A program made the position numbers and the translations under genes. DNA of 64,000 nucleotides, taken from NCBI RefSeq assembly GCF_004010195.1, contig NC_057719.1, positions 92,645,465-92,709,464 of the forward strand. The letters are read 5' to 3'. Origin of the DNA: Chiloscyllium plagiosum. Its lineage: Eukaryota. Of this stretch, positions 25,531-39,300 are shown piece after piece. The notes beneath the pieces were generated by a model that did no database searches, was not told the origin of the DNA, and saw only the letters and a list, made by a program, of their open reading frames with translations. Numbering within the stretch: the first letter of the stretch is position 1; each line of letters begins with the position of its first letter.

Positions 25531-26150
25531 TGCTGCATTGTTTGCTAAAGTAATTATGAATTGGAAGACAAAGCATTATAATTTAGTGTTTGTAAAATTT
25601 AGTGTTTGCAAAATATTGGTGTTTGTGAAATGCTAATGGAGAAAGCATTTGTGGTCACTTTAAAATATTGTGCTTTTTTCAGTGCTTAGAGATTTAAAAT
25701 GGATGTCTGCAAAATCAATTTGAAAGTTTGCAGGTGCACAGACAGCACCCTAATTTAAACATTTGTATTGAAAGGCATTACATTTTGTAGCTCAAGCTGC
25801 ATTTTTACTAAGACAACAAACTTTTGAATTTAGCCTATCAATTGAACCTGGCCCTCAGATACCAAATAGCTTTCAAATTTAAATCTAATAGTTTTGACAA
25901 CTTTGGGCTGATCTGATTGTAGATCTTCTGATATGTCATCCAGAGTATAAAAGAGGTAATTTGAAAATCTGCCATCAGCGAGAGATAGGAGCTCTCAGGT
26001 CTTAGAGAAAGCTTCATCTATTTCAACAGTACTGACGAAAGCTTCATCTATTTCTCCAGTGAGTTCACTGACGAGAAACATGGTAAATGCACTGATTGTG
26101 GGAACTACTTTAAAGTATCTGTGGAACGGATGTCCTACCAAATTGTTTTT
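25531..26150 (+). mobile_element. Probable 3' LTR of the Gmr1-like element
   Basis: Purine tract GGAGGAGG (25523-25530) then TG; TATAAAA at about 25946; short internal tandem repeats; 3' end uncertain. Confidence 0.5.
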
Positions 26151-26169
26151 TCAGGTGCTCTTACTAAGG

Positions 26170-26480
26170 AACTGGATTCAAGTGATTGCTTGACCTCACT
26201 GGACACCAGATTTGATTTCAGCATTGGGCAAGTGCCTATGTGGAGTTTGCACACTTTTCCTGTGTCTGCGTGGGTTTCTTCCAGATGGTTCGGTTTCTTC
26301 CTACAGTGCAAAAATGGGTGGACTAGGTGAATTCGCGATGCTAAATTGCGTGTTCAGGAATGTGTAGGCTAGCTGCATAATTTAGGGGAATGGGTCTAGA
26401 TGGGATACTCTTAAGAGGGTTGGTGTGAACTTCTTGATCCAAATGACCTATGTCCACACTATAGGGATTCTATGATCCTT
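26170..26480 (+). mobile_element. Old HE1-type SINE
   Basis: TGTGGAGTTTGCAC...TGTCTGCGTGGGTTTC body. Confidence 0.8.
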
Positions 26481-28378
26481 TCCTTGATTCCTATGAAATC
26501 TACGTTGAGGTCAGTTTCAAACTATGATAAGATTAGACAACTTGGAAGAATTGTAAAAATGTGAAGAGAAGAGAGAAGTGTTTCAAATTCATTTGCAAAC
26601 TTTAATATTTGGCACTCTGGTTCAATAAAAGGGGAAGAAATCCAGATGCAATGATTAAGGTCTCAATTGTATTTTACTACCCGGCATTCCCGCGGTTTAG
26701 AGAGGCCCCGATGAATAGAAAGGTGAACAATGCGCTGATACGGTACCTCTTGTGGACAGTGCCTGAATTAAACAAGTGACTGCAAGCAACAATGATTAAT
26801 TTCCTCGACTCCAGAAACGTTATGAACGGAGCAGGACGATGCGGCCAATTGACCAGGTACGTGGAAGGAGAGGTTTAAGGAATATGTTGTGTCAGCCACA
26901 AAATCTGGAGAAGAACGTCCGGTCCTGTCGTTTGTGCGAATTGGAATGACGTCCATAGGCTTCCTCCTTGTTCTTCTTGTCGCTCCCCGTAACCCCACAT
27001 CTAGTGCTGAAGAGGGATTATACCTGAAATGTTGACTCGTCCACCTCCTAATTTGGCCTGGCTTGCTGTGTCTGCTATTGCCTACTACTCCCTGGAACAG
27101 GCACCAAAGAGTACCCCCCATATTTATTTAGGGCATTGAGCAGCAGGGCAATTTTGTGATCCCATTTTTATAGGGAGCAATGTTTGGAATATCCAGGAGG
27201 AGCTGGCTGCCCATTGTTCAGAAAGGAGTCAATTTGTCCATCAATATGCATTTGACTTTCACACCCAATGCTGTAATAGTTAAGCAGATTCATTTCACAG
27301 AAAGAAAGAAAATGATTCAAATTCTGCTTTCCCCAGTCCTCTACCTAATGACACACCATGCCCGAATGGTTCAAAGATCTGTTGCACTGTTCAGTTTCAT
27401 GAAAACCCAAGGGAGAAAGTCAAAACACTATGGAAACATCATCGTTTGAATGCTGATCAACAGGAGGGGGGATTTTCAGCAGACATGACGCTCAGTCATC
27501 CTGGGACAGCAGAAGGAAGCGATATGAATTTCTTTCCTGGGCTGACAGTAATAGATTCTGGAAATTCCTTTCCAGTAGTATGGACGTTTCCAGCTTCACA
27601 TGAATAAAAGTCGATTACCGGTAAATGAAGGTTTACAAAGTAGAAATTCCTTACACGTTCATTTATAAGTTTAAAAAAAAACAGAAACAAGAGATGAAAT
27701 CTTAAATTACAGAAATTAGTGATTCTTGAGGTCTACAAATTCTACTCACTAAATAACTCAGCTCACAGCAACAAATCATCTTTCATTGGTTTTGGTAATA
27801 ATATTGAATGTTTGCAAAGAATGACCTCATCACAGTTATGGAAAACGAATTGGAATGGTTAGTTTAGCAGTGGAAAAGCAGTGCTGATGATGATGGGGAT
27901 ATGTGAAAAGTACACTCGATGTTCGACAGGTTAGGGTCTTATGTGAATTGAAGGTGATGGCGTTCACATACATCTGCTGCCCTAGTCGTTCTGGACAGAG
28001 GAATTTAAGAAATGCGAAATTACATCAATTTTATGCTTCAGTATGGGTGCATAAATTCTCTCTCTTGCAGACTCTGCTTCTCCCTGTCTCTGATTTCTTC
28101 CATTGAGGCCAGAGTCTCGTGTGCGTACTCCCATTTGAGATTACTCTACCGACTATAATTGGTTTTCACGACAATTCCACTGATTTCAATAAACTACCAA
28201 TCAATTGAACTCAATCTCACAAAGTTTCAACGCTTCAGCCAGATCTCTATTATGCCATTCTTTCTGTTTTGAATCAATTCCACACACTTTTGAAGAGCAA
28301 GAATTGCATTTGTAAACACAAAATCATGTTATGGAGGCACACAATTTATTGCAATCTAAATTCTATCAGATTTTAGTC

Positions 28379-29322
28379 ATGGAAAGTAAAATGACCATTC
28401 ATAGTGTGAAAGACTGTGTGCATGTTCTGTGCACTGGCGAGGCTTCAGCCAATCATCTGCTCTATCTGAACACAAATGTAGTCAGTATGGGAAGAAAGCA
28501 TGGAGATATGCAGTTTGTAGAAAGGGATTTGTTTCCTCATCAAAGCTGGAAGCTCATTGGCACAATCACATAGAAGTCATTCTCCTGTGATGGATATGGA
28601 AGAGTTTCACCCAATCGGCCCATTGTTTGAGACACCAGCAAATTCACACTGGCGAACGACCATTCACCTGCTCCAAATGTGGTAAGGGATTCACTCAGCA
28701 ATCCAATCTGCTGAGATATCAGCGAGTTCACGCTGATGAGAGACCGTTTAAACGTCAAGATTGTGCGAAATGCTGTAAAAGTTCTCTTGAACTTATGTCC
28801 CTTCAGCGGGTTCACACCGATGAGAGACCATTCATGTGCTCCAACTGCGATACTGCGTCCAGGACATCATCTCAACTCACTGCACACCAGCAAGTTACCA
28901 GTGAGGGAAGCCCATTCGCCTGTCCTGAGTGTGGGAAAGCATTTGCACAGTTATCCCAACTGTTAACACATCAGCGGGTTCATACCTGAGGGAGACTATT
29001 CACCCACTCAAAACGTGGGAAAGATTCCTTTCAGTTATCCCCCCGCTGAGACACCAGCGAATTCACACGGGGAGAAGCGTTTCAGTTGCAATGAGTATGG
29101 GAAGGGATGCACTGCTCCATCCATCCTGATCGCACACCAGTTTGTTCACCCCGAAGAGGCCCTATTTAGGCGCTCTAGGTGCGGATTTGGCTTCAAGCCC
29201 TTATTTAATCTTACAGCACTCCAGCGAATTCACATTTGGGAGAGGCCATTCATCTGCTCTGCCTGTGGGAAAGGTTTCACTCAGTTACCTCACCTGTGGA
29301 GGAGCGAGAGATGCATAAGTAA
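28379..29322 (+). pseudogene. C2H2 zinc-finger pseudogene (tandem Kruppel-type)
   Basis: AG acceptor at 28368-28369, ATG at 28379, about 10-11 finger remnants (HTGERPFTCSKCGKGFTQQSNLLRYQRVH, PFACPECGKAF...HQRVH) broken by frameshifts, stops and Cys/His losses. Confidence 0.88.
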
Positions 29323-29399
29323 CTGCAGTAATTGGATTGTGTTGTTAATTCAGAAACAGCAGGTGGTTATAATTGATAAGCAGCCTGTTCTTAAAATGA

Positions 29400-30885
29400 A
29401 TAAAGCACTGAGACCGAAGAATATGCCCCAGAGGACTCTGAATGAAGTGGAAATAAAAATTGTGAAAGTGGTACCTATAACCTTTTGGTCATCAGGTTAA
29501 TGTTAAATGACTAGAGAACTAGGAAATAAACAGTGAATCAAGATAAATCGAGGTGAGTCCATTTAACATTCATGATTTAGAACGCATTTGATAAGGTTCC
29601 CATGGTAAACTAATGGAGAAAGTGAAGTCACATGGTGTGCAGGGTGTTCTAGCTGGGTGGGTAAAGAACTGGTTGAGCAACAGGAGACAGTGAGTAGTAG
29701 TTGAAGGGAGTTTCTCGAAATGGAGAAAGGTGACCAGTGGTGTTCCACAGGGATCAGTGCTGGGCCCACTGTTGTTTGTGATATACATAAATAATCTGGA
29801 AGAGGGCACGCTTGGTATGATCAGCAAGTTTGCAGATGACACGAAGATTGGTGGAGTAGCAGAAAGCATAGGGGACCTGTCAAAGAATACAGGAGTATAT
29901 AGATAGACAGGAGAGTTGGGCAGAGAAGAGGCAGTTGGAGTTCAATCCAGCTAAATGTGAGATGATGCATTTTGAGAAATCTAATTCTAAAGGGAATTAT
30001 ACAGTAAACGGAAGAGCCTTGGGAAAAGTTGATGAACAGAGAGATCTGGGAGTTCGTGTCCATTGTACCCTGAAGGTTCCTCCACATGTGGCTAGAGTGG
30101 TATGCTTGCTTTCATCGTATGGGTCATTGCGTATAAGAGCTGGCAGGCCATGTTAAAATTGTAGAAGACATTGGTTCGGCCACGTTTAGAATATTGTGTA
30201 GTTATCATCGTCACATTACCAAAAGGATGTGGACGCTTTGGAGAGAGTGCAGAGAAGGTTTACGAGGTTGTTGCGTGGTATGGAAGGTGCAAGCTATGAA
30301 GAGAGGGGGGCGGCACGGTGGTACAGTGGTTAGCACTGCTGCCTCACAGCGCCAGAGACCCGGGTTCAATGTGTAGTTATCATCAAAAGGATGTGGACGC
30401 TTTGGAGAGAGTGCAGAGAAGGTTTACGAGGTTGTTGCGTGGTATGGAAGGTGCAAGCTATGAAGAGAGGTTGAGTAGGCTAGGTTTGTTTCCATTAGAA
30501 AAAAAAAATAGATTGAAGGGAAACCTGATTGAGGTCCACAAAATCATGAAGGGTATAGACAGGATAGATGGAAAGAAGCTTTTTCCTAGTGTGAAGGATT
30601 CAATAATGAGAGGTCATGCTTTCAAGATGAGAGGTGAAAGGTTTAAGGGGGATATACACCGCAAATAAATTACACAGAGGTTGGTGGGTGCCTGGAACGC
30701 GTTGCCAGCAGAGGTAGTAGAGGCAGGCATGGTAGATTCATTTAAGATGCTTCTGGACAGATGCATGAGTAGGTGGGGAGCAGAGGGATACAGATTGTTC
30801 GGAATTGACCGACAGATTTAGACAGTACACTGGCTTAGAGGGCCGAAAGGCTTGTTCCTGGTGTGTAAACTTTCTTTGTTCTTTG
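29400..30885 (+). mobile_element. CR1-type LINE with internal SINE head and duplication
   Basis: [27 protein letters not shown]-rich tail. Confidence 0.9.
30307..30370 (+). mobile_element. 3'-truncated SINE (tRNA head only)
   Basis: GGGGCGGCACGGTGGTACAGTGGTTAGCACTGCTGCCTCACAGCGCCAGAGACCCGGGTTCAAT. Confidence 0.9.
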
Positions 30886-31499
30886 CACACAATAATTTAA
30901 AAGAAATGTAATGATTACATGGAAAGGTACTGGCTAATGAATAAGCATAAATGATTATTCAATAAACGAAAATCGGGTTCAAGAACTTACTGGATTTACT
31001 TTTCAAAATACACAGACAAAGTTGATGAGGGCAAAGCGATCCATGTTCTGTACATTAGCTTCCAAAGTTATCAGATAGAATACTACAAAACAAGCCTATA
31101 AGCAAAGGTAGAGCTCATAGATTTAAAAGACATTAAAACTGAGACACTGAATTAAATAAGTGACAGTGAATGGAGTAATATGGCGTGGGCCTTTTTTTTA
31201 ACCTCGAGTATAATTTGTATTGAAGGTCCCCAATGACAAAGTTGGAGTACCTATGTTACCTAATATGCATTGCCACAAACCCACAGCAAATAAATTTGAA
31301 CACATGCTCAGAGGTATTTAGTCACTGCTTGTCAAACATATTGACCTGTTAAAGGTTTTCTTTCAAATTCCTCTTCAGAAATTTACATCAAGGAGACAGT
31401 CAATACATCAGCTATCTCTTGATCAGACGCAAATTTTAAACTGTTATAAACTACCATTCGGACAGATTCCAAGGCAAGTTTCAATCGTGAAGAATTTTA

Positions 31500-31715
31500 A
31501 GGTACAGTGGCTAAGTGGTGAGCACTGCTGCCTCACAGTGCCAAGGACCTGAGTTTAATTCCAGCCTCGGGCGACTGTCTACATGAAGTTAGCACATTCT
31601 CGCCATTTCTGCATGGGTTGCCTCTGAGTGCTCCGGTTTCCTCCCACACTCCAAAAACGTGCAGGTTATGTGAATTGGCCATGGTAAAGAGCCGACTGTG
31701 TTCTATGATTCTATG
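31500..31715 (+). mobile_element. HE1-type SINE
   Basis: Head and body, with TTCTATG-type end. Confidence 0.85.
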
Positions 31716-32319
31716 TACCCCCAGCCTGTGAAAATTGGTTAATGGTTCAATTTCACTTCTGTAATGGGCCATAGACAGGAGTTCATCAAGACTGCAAATT
31801 TCAATATTAAATGTCCCTTCCCCACTCATGCCAAAACCAATTGGCTGTCTTATGACACTGCATTGAACGCAACTGCTCTTTAAATATCCAGTGTCGCATT
31901 CAGTCTGTTCATGCTGCTTCATGCAACACCAACTGAGAATACATAAATTCCTGACAATGAGATATTAAGGGGAAGTTCTGACCTGCCAAAAATTCCCAAG
32001 CAATCTGCAAGTGTGCTTTCTAAGGAAATTAATTTCTTCAGCGAAAGCAACACATTATCTTTGAAAGGATTTAAAAAAAAAACATGACCTGCCCACTACC
32101 TATGAAATATATGCCAATGTCTCAAAGATTCCCCCCAGCCTCAGGATCTAAAAATATGTGAATTAGATTCCACTTCTGGTTTAACATTGCAGTGATGCAT
32201 TTGCAATACTTACAAATTCAAACTTCACAAGCACAGGGAATGCTGAAATATCACTTATGTTCAACGATGTAGAAAAGAAATGCATATCACTCTCTGCTAG
32301 TGAACACTTTATATCGTCA

Positions 32320-34245
32320 GAGTGCTGCATCACGGAGCGAGGCTGGCTGGCCCAAACAAGGGCTGGACTTGGCCTCCCTCTTTCTAATCCTTTTATATCT
32401 ATATATTTTTCCAAATGCCTTTTAAATGTTGTTAATGTACCCGCCTCAACCACTTCTGCTGGCAGCTTATTCCATATGCGCATCACCCTCTGTGTAATCA
32501 TGTTGTCCCTCAGGTTCCCTTTTATTCTTTCCAGATTAAACTTAACCTGACGCCCTCTAGTCCTCAATTCCAAAGCTTTGTGAAAAAAGACTGAGCGTAT
32601 TCACCCTGTCCATGCCTTTCATGATCTTATACACCTCTATAAAATTGCACTTCCATCTCCTCCATTCCAAAGAAAGAAATCCTTGCTTGTTCAAACTCTC
32701 CTTATAACTCAGACCCTTGAGTCCAGGCGACATCCTTAGAAATTGCTTTTGCACTCTTGCAATTTTATTAACATCCTTCGTATAACAAGGTGACCAAAAC
32801 TGAACATAATATTCCAAAAGCGGCCTCACCAACATCTTGTATGACTACAACATAACTTCCCAAATACTATACTCAGTGCCCTGACCGATTAAAACTAGTG
32901 TGCCAAAAGCCTTCTTCACTACCGTGTTTATCAGTGACTTCACTTTCAGAGAACTGTGAACCTGAACTCTAAGATTCCTCTGTTTCACTATATTCCTCAC
33001 GGCCCTACCATTCACCATGCAATTACTGCCTTGTTTACTTTGCAAAATGCAAGACCTCAGACTTAACTATATTAAATTCCATTTGTCATTTATTAACCCA
33101 CATCACCAGCTGATCAAGGTCCTGCTTCAATTTCTGATAAGCTCCCTCACTTTCCACGATATCACCTATTTCTGTGTCAGCTGCAAACTTAACTTGTACA
33201 TTCTCATCCAAAAAACCTGACATAGATAACAAACAGTAATGGACCCAGCACCGACCCCTGAGGCACTCCAGTAGTCACAGACGTACAGTCCGAAATACAT
33301 CCTTCCACGACTATTCTCTCCTTTTACTATAAAACCAATTTTGCATCCAATTTGACAGTCTCCATATCTTTCTCCGTGATCACCCGGGGGGAGGAGGGGG
33401 AGAGGGAATATTTATTGAGACCCTTGCCAAGCTATGGCAGTTCTACACATACATGTCCACTTTGGGCCTCGAGGGATTCTATTTTCTCTTTAGTTACTCT
33501 TTTTCCTTTAATATACTTAAAGTACCTCTTTGGATTCATCCCAATCTTCTCAGCCACGACTATCTCGTGCCCCCTTTCCCCCAGGTGATTTTCTTCTTCA
33601 GTAAATTCCTGTATTCCCGGCATACATCCGCGTATTCCCTTAATCACAACTGCCTGTACGTGAGCCACGCCTCCTTCTTGTTTTCTGGTCAAAACCTTAA
33701 TATGTCTTGTAATCCCGGCTTCCCTATTACTTCACCCTCACGAGATGAGGAGAAACTTCTTCACCCAGAGAGTGGTGGCTGTGTGGAATGCTCTGCCCCA
33801 GAGGGCAGTCGAGGCCCAGTCTCTGGATTCATTTAAGAAAGAGTTGGAGAGAGCTCTCAAAGGTAGTGGAATCAAGGGTTATGGAGATAAGGCAGGGACA
33901 GGATACTGATTGAGGATGATCAGCCATAATCATATTGAATGGCGGTGCAGGCTCAAAGGGCTGAATGGCCTACTCCTGCACCTATTGTCTATTGTCTCTT
34001 GTCTATTGTCTATAATATATAGACCTTGAACTCTAGCTGTCCCACTTTCAAAGGCCGTCCAATGTCACAGGTATGTGCAAGCAAACTACTCCAATCAAAC
34101 CCTGTAAACTCCAGTCTAGTTCCATGAAAATTCGTCTTGCCCCAATTTAGAACTTGAACCTGGGGACAATTATTGTCCCTCTCCAAAATATTTTAAAAAT
34201 GATAGGACAATGGTAACTGATCCCAAAGTGCTCCTCCACTGTCAG
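32320..34245 (-). mobile_element. CR1-type LINE, deleted and interrupted
   Basis: LVRPLLEYYVQFWSP, GVPQG, NPKRYFKYIKGKR; continues after 34012. Confidence 0.85.
33742..34012 (+). mobile_element. CR1 3' end of a different subfamily nested in an opposite-strand CR1
   Basis: GAGATGAGGAGAAACTTCTTCACCCAGAGAGTGG...; (CTATTGT)n tail. Confidence 0.88.
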
Positions 34246-34469
34246 CTCGGTCATGAAAATATGGAGATGGTTTGGTTTGAGACATACAATCCAGCCGTAA
34301 CATCTTTAAAAGTAGTGGATAAGAGTCATTGCTGTCAGTCCACCATAGAAATCTTTTTGTATGAACGTTGTTGTACTCCTAATGCAGATGCAAGATTGAC
34401 ATTCTCTGACAATACGAACAACAAATATTTCATGTACCTCCCATTCTGACAAAACAGGGCAAATGTTTA

Positions 34470-35930
34470 GTCCCACCCATTTAATCTCACCCCAATCATT
34501 CGCAAACTGATGGATACATTAGTTGTCAAAGCTATCAAGCAGCATTTATGCAGCAAAAGCCTGCGCAGTTTCGCTCATTTGGATTGCACGAGAATCATGG
34601 GAGTCCTGGGCTCATAACCAATATCTTGCACACATTATCAGCCAACGCTGAAATAGAACAAGGATTCAACATCTGTGGCTATGAGTTTCAGAAGCTGGGA
34701 ATCGTGCAACAGCTCCTGGTCCCAAATTGCCCCCAAAACATTATCTTACTGCTCAAAGTTTGCCCGCCATTTGCAAGGACAAAAGGCAGGAGTTTATGGG
34801 ATACTCCTCGTTAACATGATGAGTGCAGCCCTGACAATGGTCAAAAAGCAGATCAATTCAGGTCGAAGCAGTCCTGCTTGATTGATTTTCCATTCTATAT
34901 ACTTCAATCGAGGCATTCGAAAAGGAATAAGACTGTTAATTTGACAGGAACACGGTTCATGGTGACGACGAAAAAGCAAGAGAATGAAACTGTGTGAGAC
35001 GTTCATTCAGAAAGCCAGTGCAGACACGACGGTTTGAATGACCTCCTCCTACTTTCTGTCAATTCCGTGATTGTGGTTCTGAAGATCTAGACCCCTTTGC
35101 AGGGCCTCTCGATCTCGAGATCGGTGAAAAGAATCACTCGGAGTACGGTCTGTTTAAAGCAAGTTTACCAGTTTAATAAATTAAGACAGCCTGGCGCAAA
35201 TTTGTCCAGGAACACGGAGGTTAAAAGCTTTTGTGTTTTTTGGAGAAATGGCACAATTAAATTCGAAAATTGCATATTATTTATTTGCTTTTTTAAAGAG
35301 ACAGTACAGCCTTCATTACAAGAAAAGACCAATCACATATAATAAGGTGACATGATTTACAACAGGTTAATCCAATGATATTCCCTGGGAAAGGGTTATA
35401 AATGTACGTAGATCACCATCTCATGCAAGCAGTTCAAGGTTAGTTCGAATACCAAATCACTGGATTATGATTCATATTATGAAAAATCCATTGTTCTCTC
35501 TTATCTCTAAATACAACCAACTTAGCAAAACATCAGTTCAAGTTCACAGAATCAAATCAATACTTACAGCCATTTTGTTGTTTTATTTTAAAATGAAAAG
35601 CCATTTTGTTGTTAATAAAAAATCCACATATACTTATTGCTTCTAACAACAGCCTAAATTCAAATTTTTGATCCTCAGTTCCACCATCCATTTTCATTCA
35701 CACCATCCTTGATACACTGTGGCAACAGTTTGTCATATCAACAAGATTTCCAGCAATGCACCCTAGCTCCTTTAACAGCACTTCCTAAACTGTGATCTTA
35801 CCATCGAGAAGAATAATTGCAGCAAACACATGGAAGCATCATCCTGTATGAATTCTCCTTCAAAATACAAGCTAATCTGACATGTAACAACATCAACATT
35901 GCTTTCTTGTGCCTGGGTCAAAATGGGTCA
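34470..35930 (+). mobile_element. Old L2/CR1-group LINE fragments (about 34470-34885 and 35650-35930)
   Basis: Degenerate IIRKLMD...KAIKQHL and MMSAA...; later YTVATVCHI...QHFLN similarity. Confidence 0.5.
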
Positions 35931-36309
35931 AAATGTGGAAACACAAACTCCTCCTAAAAATTAGCAGTTAATGGCTACAACTTTGGGTGGTAGTGGGGCA
36001 AGAATTTGGAACTGGGGGAATAAAAGAAAGAAGAATTTCCAATCGTACTTAGAATATGCTGTTCTAAATTTCTGCTCTTTACTTTCAGTTAAGTGTTGTA
36101 AGGAGCCCTATGTTCAATCCCTATTCTGATCAAGAAGTGTGCCATTACATATGTGTGTAAATTGATCAGGAAACATCTCATGCAGAGATAGCCCTGGTAT
36201 TCCAGTGGCAGTATCCTTAGCTCTTACTAATGAGAATGGGAACTGACTTTTTCTAATTTCTTTTAAACCGTCATAACTGATATGCACATGAATCAAATCT
36301 CTCTCCGAG

Positions 36310-36565
36310 ATTCATTGCTGAAACCATACTGATAAACCATTGCCTCTTCACAAGGACCTTTACATCCTTTCAGGTTATTGTGACCCTTTTATTCCACCTA
36401 CCATTTACTCATTTCCCCTCCTCCAACCTACCCACAGCATATAAACAATTACCTAGCTAATATGAGTTCTGAGGAAGGGTTACTGGACCAGAAATGTCCA
36501 CTATGTTTTCTCTTCACAGATGCTGCCTTAGCTGCTGAGATTTTCTAGCAACTTCTGTTTGTGTT
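36310..36565 (+). mobile_element. Penelope-derived 3' end with hammerhead-like motif
   Basis: GTT-CTGAGGA (36469)-A-GGGTT-actg-GACCA-GAAAT-GTC, followed by GATGCTGCC...GCTGAG...AGCA, which is shared with 58770-58800. Confidence 0.6.
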
Positions 36566-37439
36566 GCACACTGTGAGATTGAGCAGGGAGAGAGGGAGGG
36601 GAGGATTTGGAAGGTGCCCCAAAGCTTCGTGAACATCTTGTGTCAATCAAAATCCTCAAATAAGAAACTCCTGATTCTCCATTTGCATCAAGCACAACAA
36701 AGGCTCCAAGCTTCCCTTTAGTGATGGGCCCCAGCGGGAGACTTCTGCCATCTTTATTGGGACACAGTGCAACAGGACCCATGCGCAGTCTTCATCTTTG
36801 TAAGGGGAAGTCTTTGGAATGACTGTGCTGAGCTTCCTGCCCACTGTTCAGAATGGTGATTACCTGCCCATCAAACTGCATTAGCATTTCACACACTATG
36901 CCTTAGTGATGAAGCAATGCAGATAGTTGACTGTTCTGGGGTTCTGTAATATGACTGACAGCAACGACTCTTGCCAAATAAAAAAAAATCGGGATGCTGG
37001 AGATCAGAAACAAACACAGCAAACTCAGCATGTCTGGCAGCATTCATGGAGAGAAAAACGTTTCATTTTGAGCAACCGTTAATCAGAATGCTTTAATAAT
37101 TTTCTGTTCATCCACCACTTACAATTATTATTATCCTCCACGTGTGTATTTATGTCATGCAACAAGTATTTGGTAATGTAAACATAACTGATGTGCAACC
37201 ATCATCATGACTACTCAATTATTCACGAAGTGTCCCTTTTGACAAGTGTCTCATGGACTATCTCTCTTCTATACTCTTGTCGATGCCTCGGTGGCATTGG
37301 TGATGGAGCAAGTGTTGAACAACATTAAGCTTAATCCATTCCACATTACGGATACCTACATTGGTCAAGTGTCATATAAACATGACGAATAATTTTCTGC
37401 TTTAGCTGGGAATTCTCAGTACTTTTAAGTTCCATTCAC

Positions 37440-37790
37440 TGGCACTATGGCTCAGTGGTAAGCACTGCTGTCTCACAATGCCAGGCGTCCAGGTTCGGTT
37501 CCAACCTCGCATGTCTGTCTGTGTGGAGTTTACACATTCTGCCTGCGTCTGCATGGGGTTAATGCGGGTGCTCTGATTTCATCCCACAATCCAAAGATGT
37601 GCAGGTTAGGTGAATTGGCCATGCTAGGTTGCCCATAGTGTTTTAGTGTTTAGGGATATGTAGGCATAGTGCATTAGTCAGGGGCAAATGTTGAGTAATA
37701 GGATAGTGCAATGGGTCTGGGTGGGTTACACTTTGGAGAGTCGGTATGGATTGTTGGGCCTGTTTCCTTACTGTCGGAGTTCTCTGATTC
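37440..37790 (+). mobile_element. HE1-type SINE
   Basis: Head with GGTTCG B box, body and tail. Confidence 0.88.
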
Positions 37791-37907
37791 TTCACCATGC
37801 ATTTGGTGAAACAAGTACCCTAAGAATGTTCCAAAGAAACAAAACAGATTTGTTCAGAAAATCTGTCCTGTAATGTCGGTGACACTTTTCTGAATTTTCT
37901 TTTCCAG

Positions 37908-38829
37908 GCAGATAAATTGAACATCTCATCAAGGTCTGACAGAGACACTTAGTTCATCATGACCACAACATCATTAGCCTTTGTTTGCGCAAGGGGGAAG
38001 TGATTGACTGTTCTGGCTAAGGGGGAAAGAAAATCAAACATGAGAATGACTGGAAAGACACTGGAACGCAATCATTCCCGGGTGAGAGCATTCCAGTGAA
38101 CAGAGTGTTGGAAGATCTTTGCCCAGTTGCACAGACTGAGTGTTCCAGTGAATTCACCGTGTAAACAACTTCAAGCAGTTACAGAGTTACAAAATTAAGC
38201 AATGGTTTTATTCACAACTGGGAGAATTTTACCCGTGTTCTGTATGTGCTTAAGGTTGCAATTGATAACCAACCGGGGGGTTGGGGTGAGGGTAGGGAGG
38301 GGGCACAAGGAAACCCTCACTGTGGAGAAACCTGTGGCGAGTGTGTGAAGGATTCATTTATGCATCCCTGCTGGAAATTCATTGCTGCACATATACTGGG
38401 GAATATCTATTTTCCTGTACTGTGCGTGGGAAAGAATTCTATCAGCTTCCCAACCTGCTGAAGCGCCTGTAAATTCACATGGTACAGAAGCTGCTTCATC
38501 ATCTGGACAATGAGGGGTGTCTTCAAAAGCTCTGTGGATTTGGTCAAGCCCCGGACAGACAGATACGTTAGAGGTTCTTGCTGTGGAAGACTGTTTAAAC
38601 AGTCAGACAATTTCACTGAATTTGAGCAGTCTCACAGGGGAGAAGACATTGAGGTGCACTGTCTGTGGGAAGGGATTCATTCAACCATCACATCTCACTT
38701 CAGACTGACATGTTCACTCTTATAAGACCTTTGAAATATCCTGGGGAAAGACCATTCACCTGCTCAGTGTGAGAAGGCATTGATTCCCTTATCCCATAGC
38801 TTTGGAGACACCAGCAGGTTCATGAGTGA
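37908..38829 (+). pseudogene. Heavily decayed C2H2 zinc-finger pseudogene
   Basis: Acceptor TTTTCTTTTCCAG (to 37907); RVRAFQ*TECWKIF; TGEKTLRCTVCGKGFIQPSHLTS; GKRPFTCSV*; HQQVHE* end; 3' UTR resembles that after 29322. Confidence 0.78.
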
Positions 38830-39024
38830 CAACCAATGTTGAATTTTGCTGCTTTTGTTGCTGTCAATCTTACCCAGGATTATAATACTGACAGTTTCAG
38901 TTTGTTCCTTCTGATGTTAATAATCCCATAACAAAATTATAATAATAAACTAATTGTCAAAGGAACTGAGAATGTTGCTTACGTTGAACCAGGACGTTAA
39001 TATCTCCAGGAAAAGAGGAGACTA

Positions 39025-39300
39025 ATTAGATTAGATTAGGAAAAGGCCTTTTGGCCAAAAGGTCCCCTCCCAGTCTGAAATGTACCCACCTAGACTCATT
39101 CCCCTACATATACCTCTGACTTGGCAATTTACTATGGCCAATTCACCCAGCCTGCACATCTTTGGATTGTGGGGGGAGACCACGCAAACACAGGGAGAAT
39201 GCAAGAGCACCACGCAGACAGTCACCCGAGGCAAGGATTCAAACAGGAGCACTGTCGCCGTGAGGTCGCAGTCCTAACCACAGAGCCACCCTGCTGCCAC
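39025..39300 (-). mobile_element. HE1-type SINE
   Basis: (TTAGA)n tail and reverse body. Confidence 0.88.

Noticed and set aside
28627..28989. Functional 120-aa zinc-finger protein
   Set aside because: Non-ATG start, an internal fragment of a frameshifted array, and several fingers lack Cys/His ligands.
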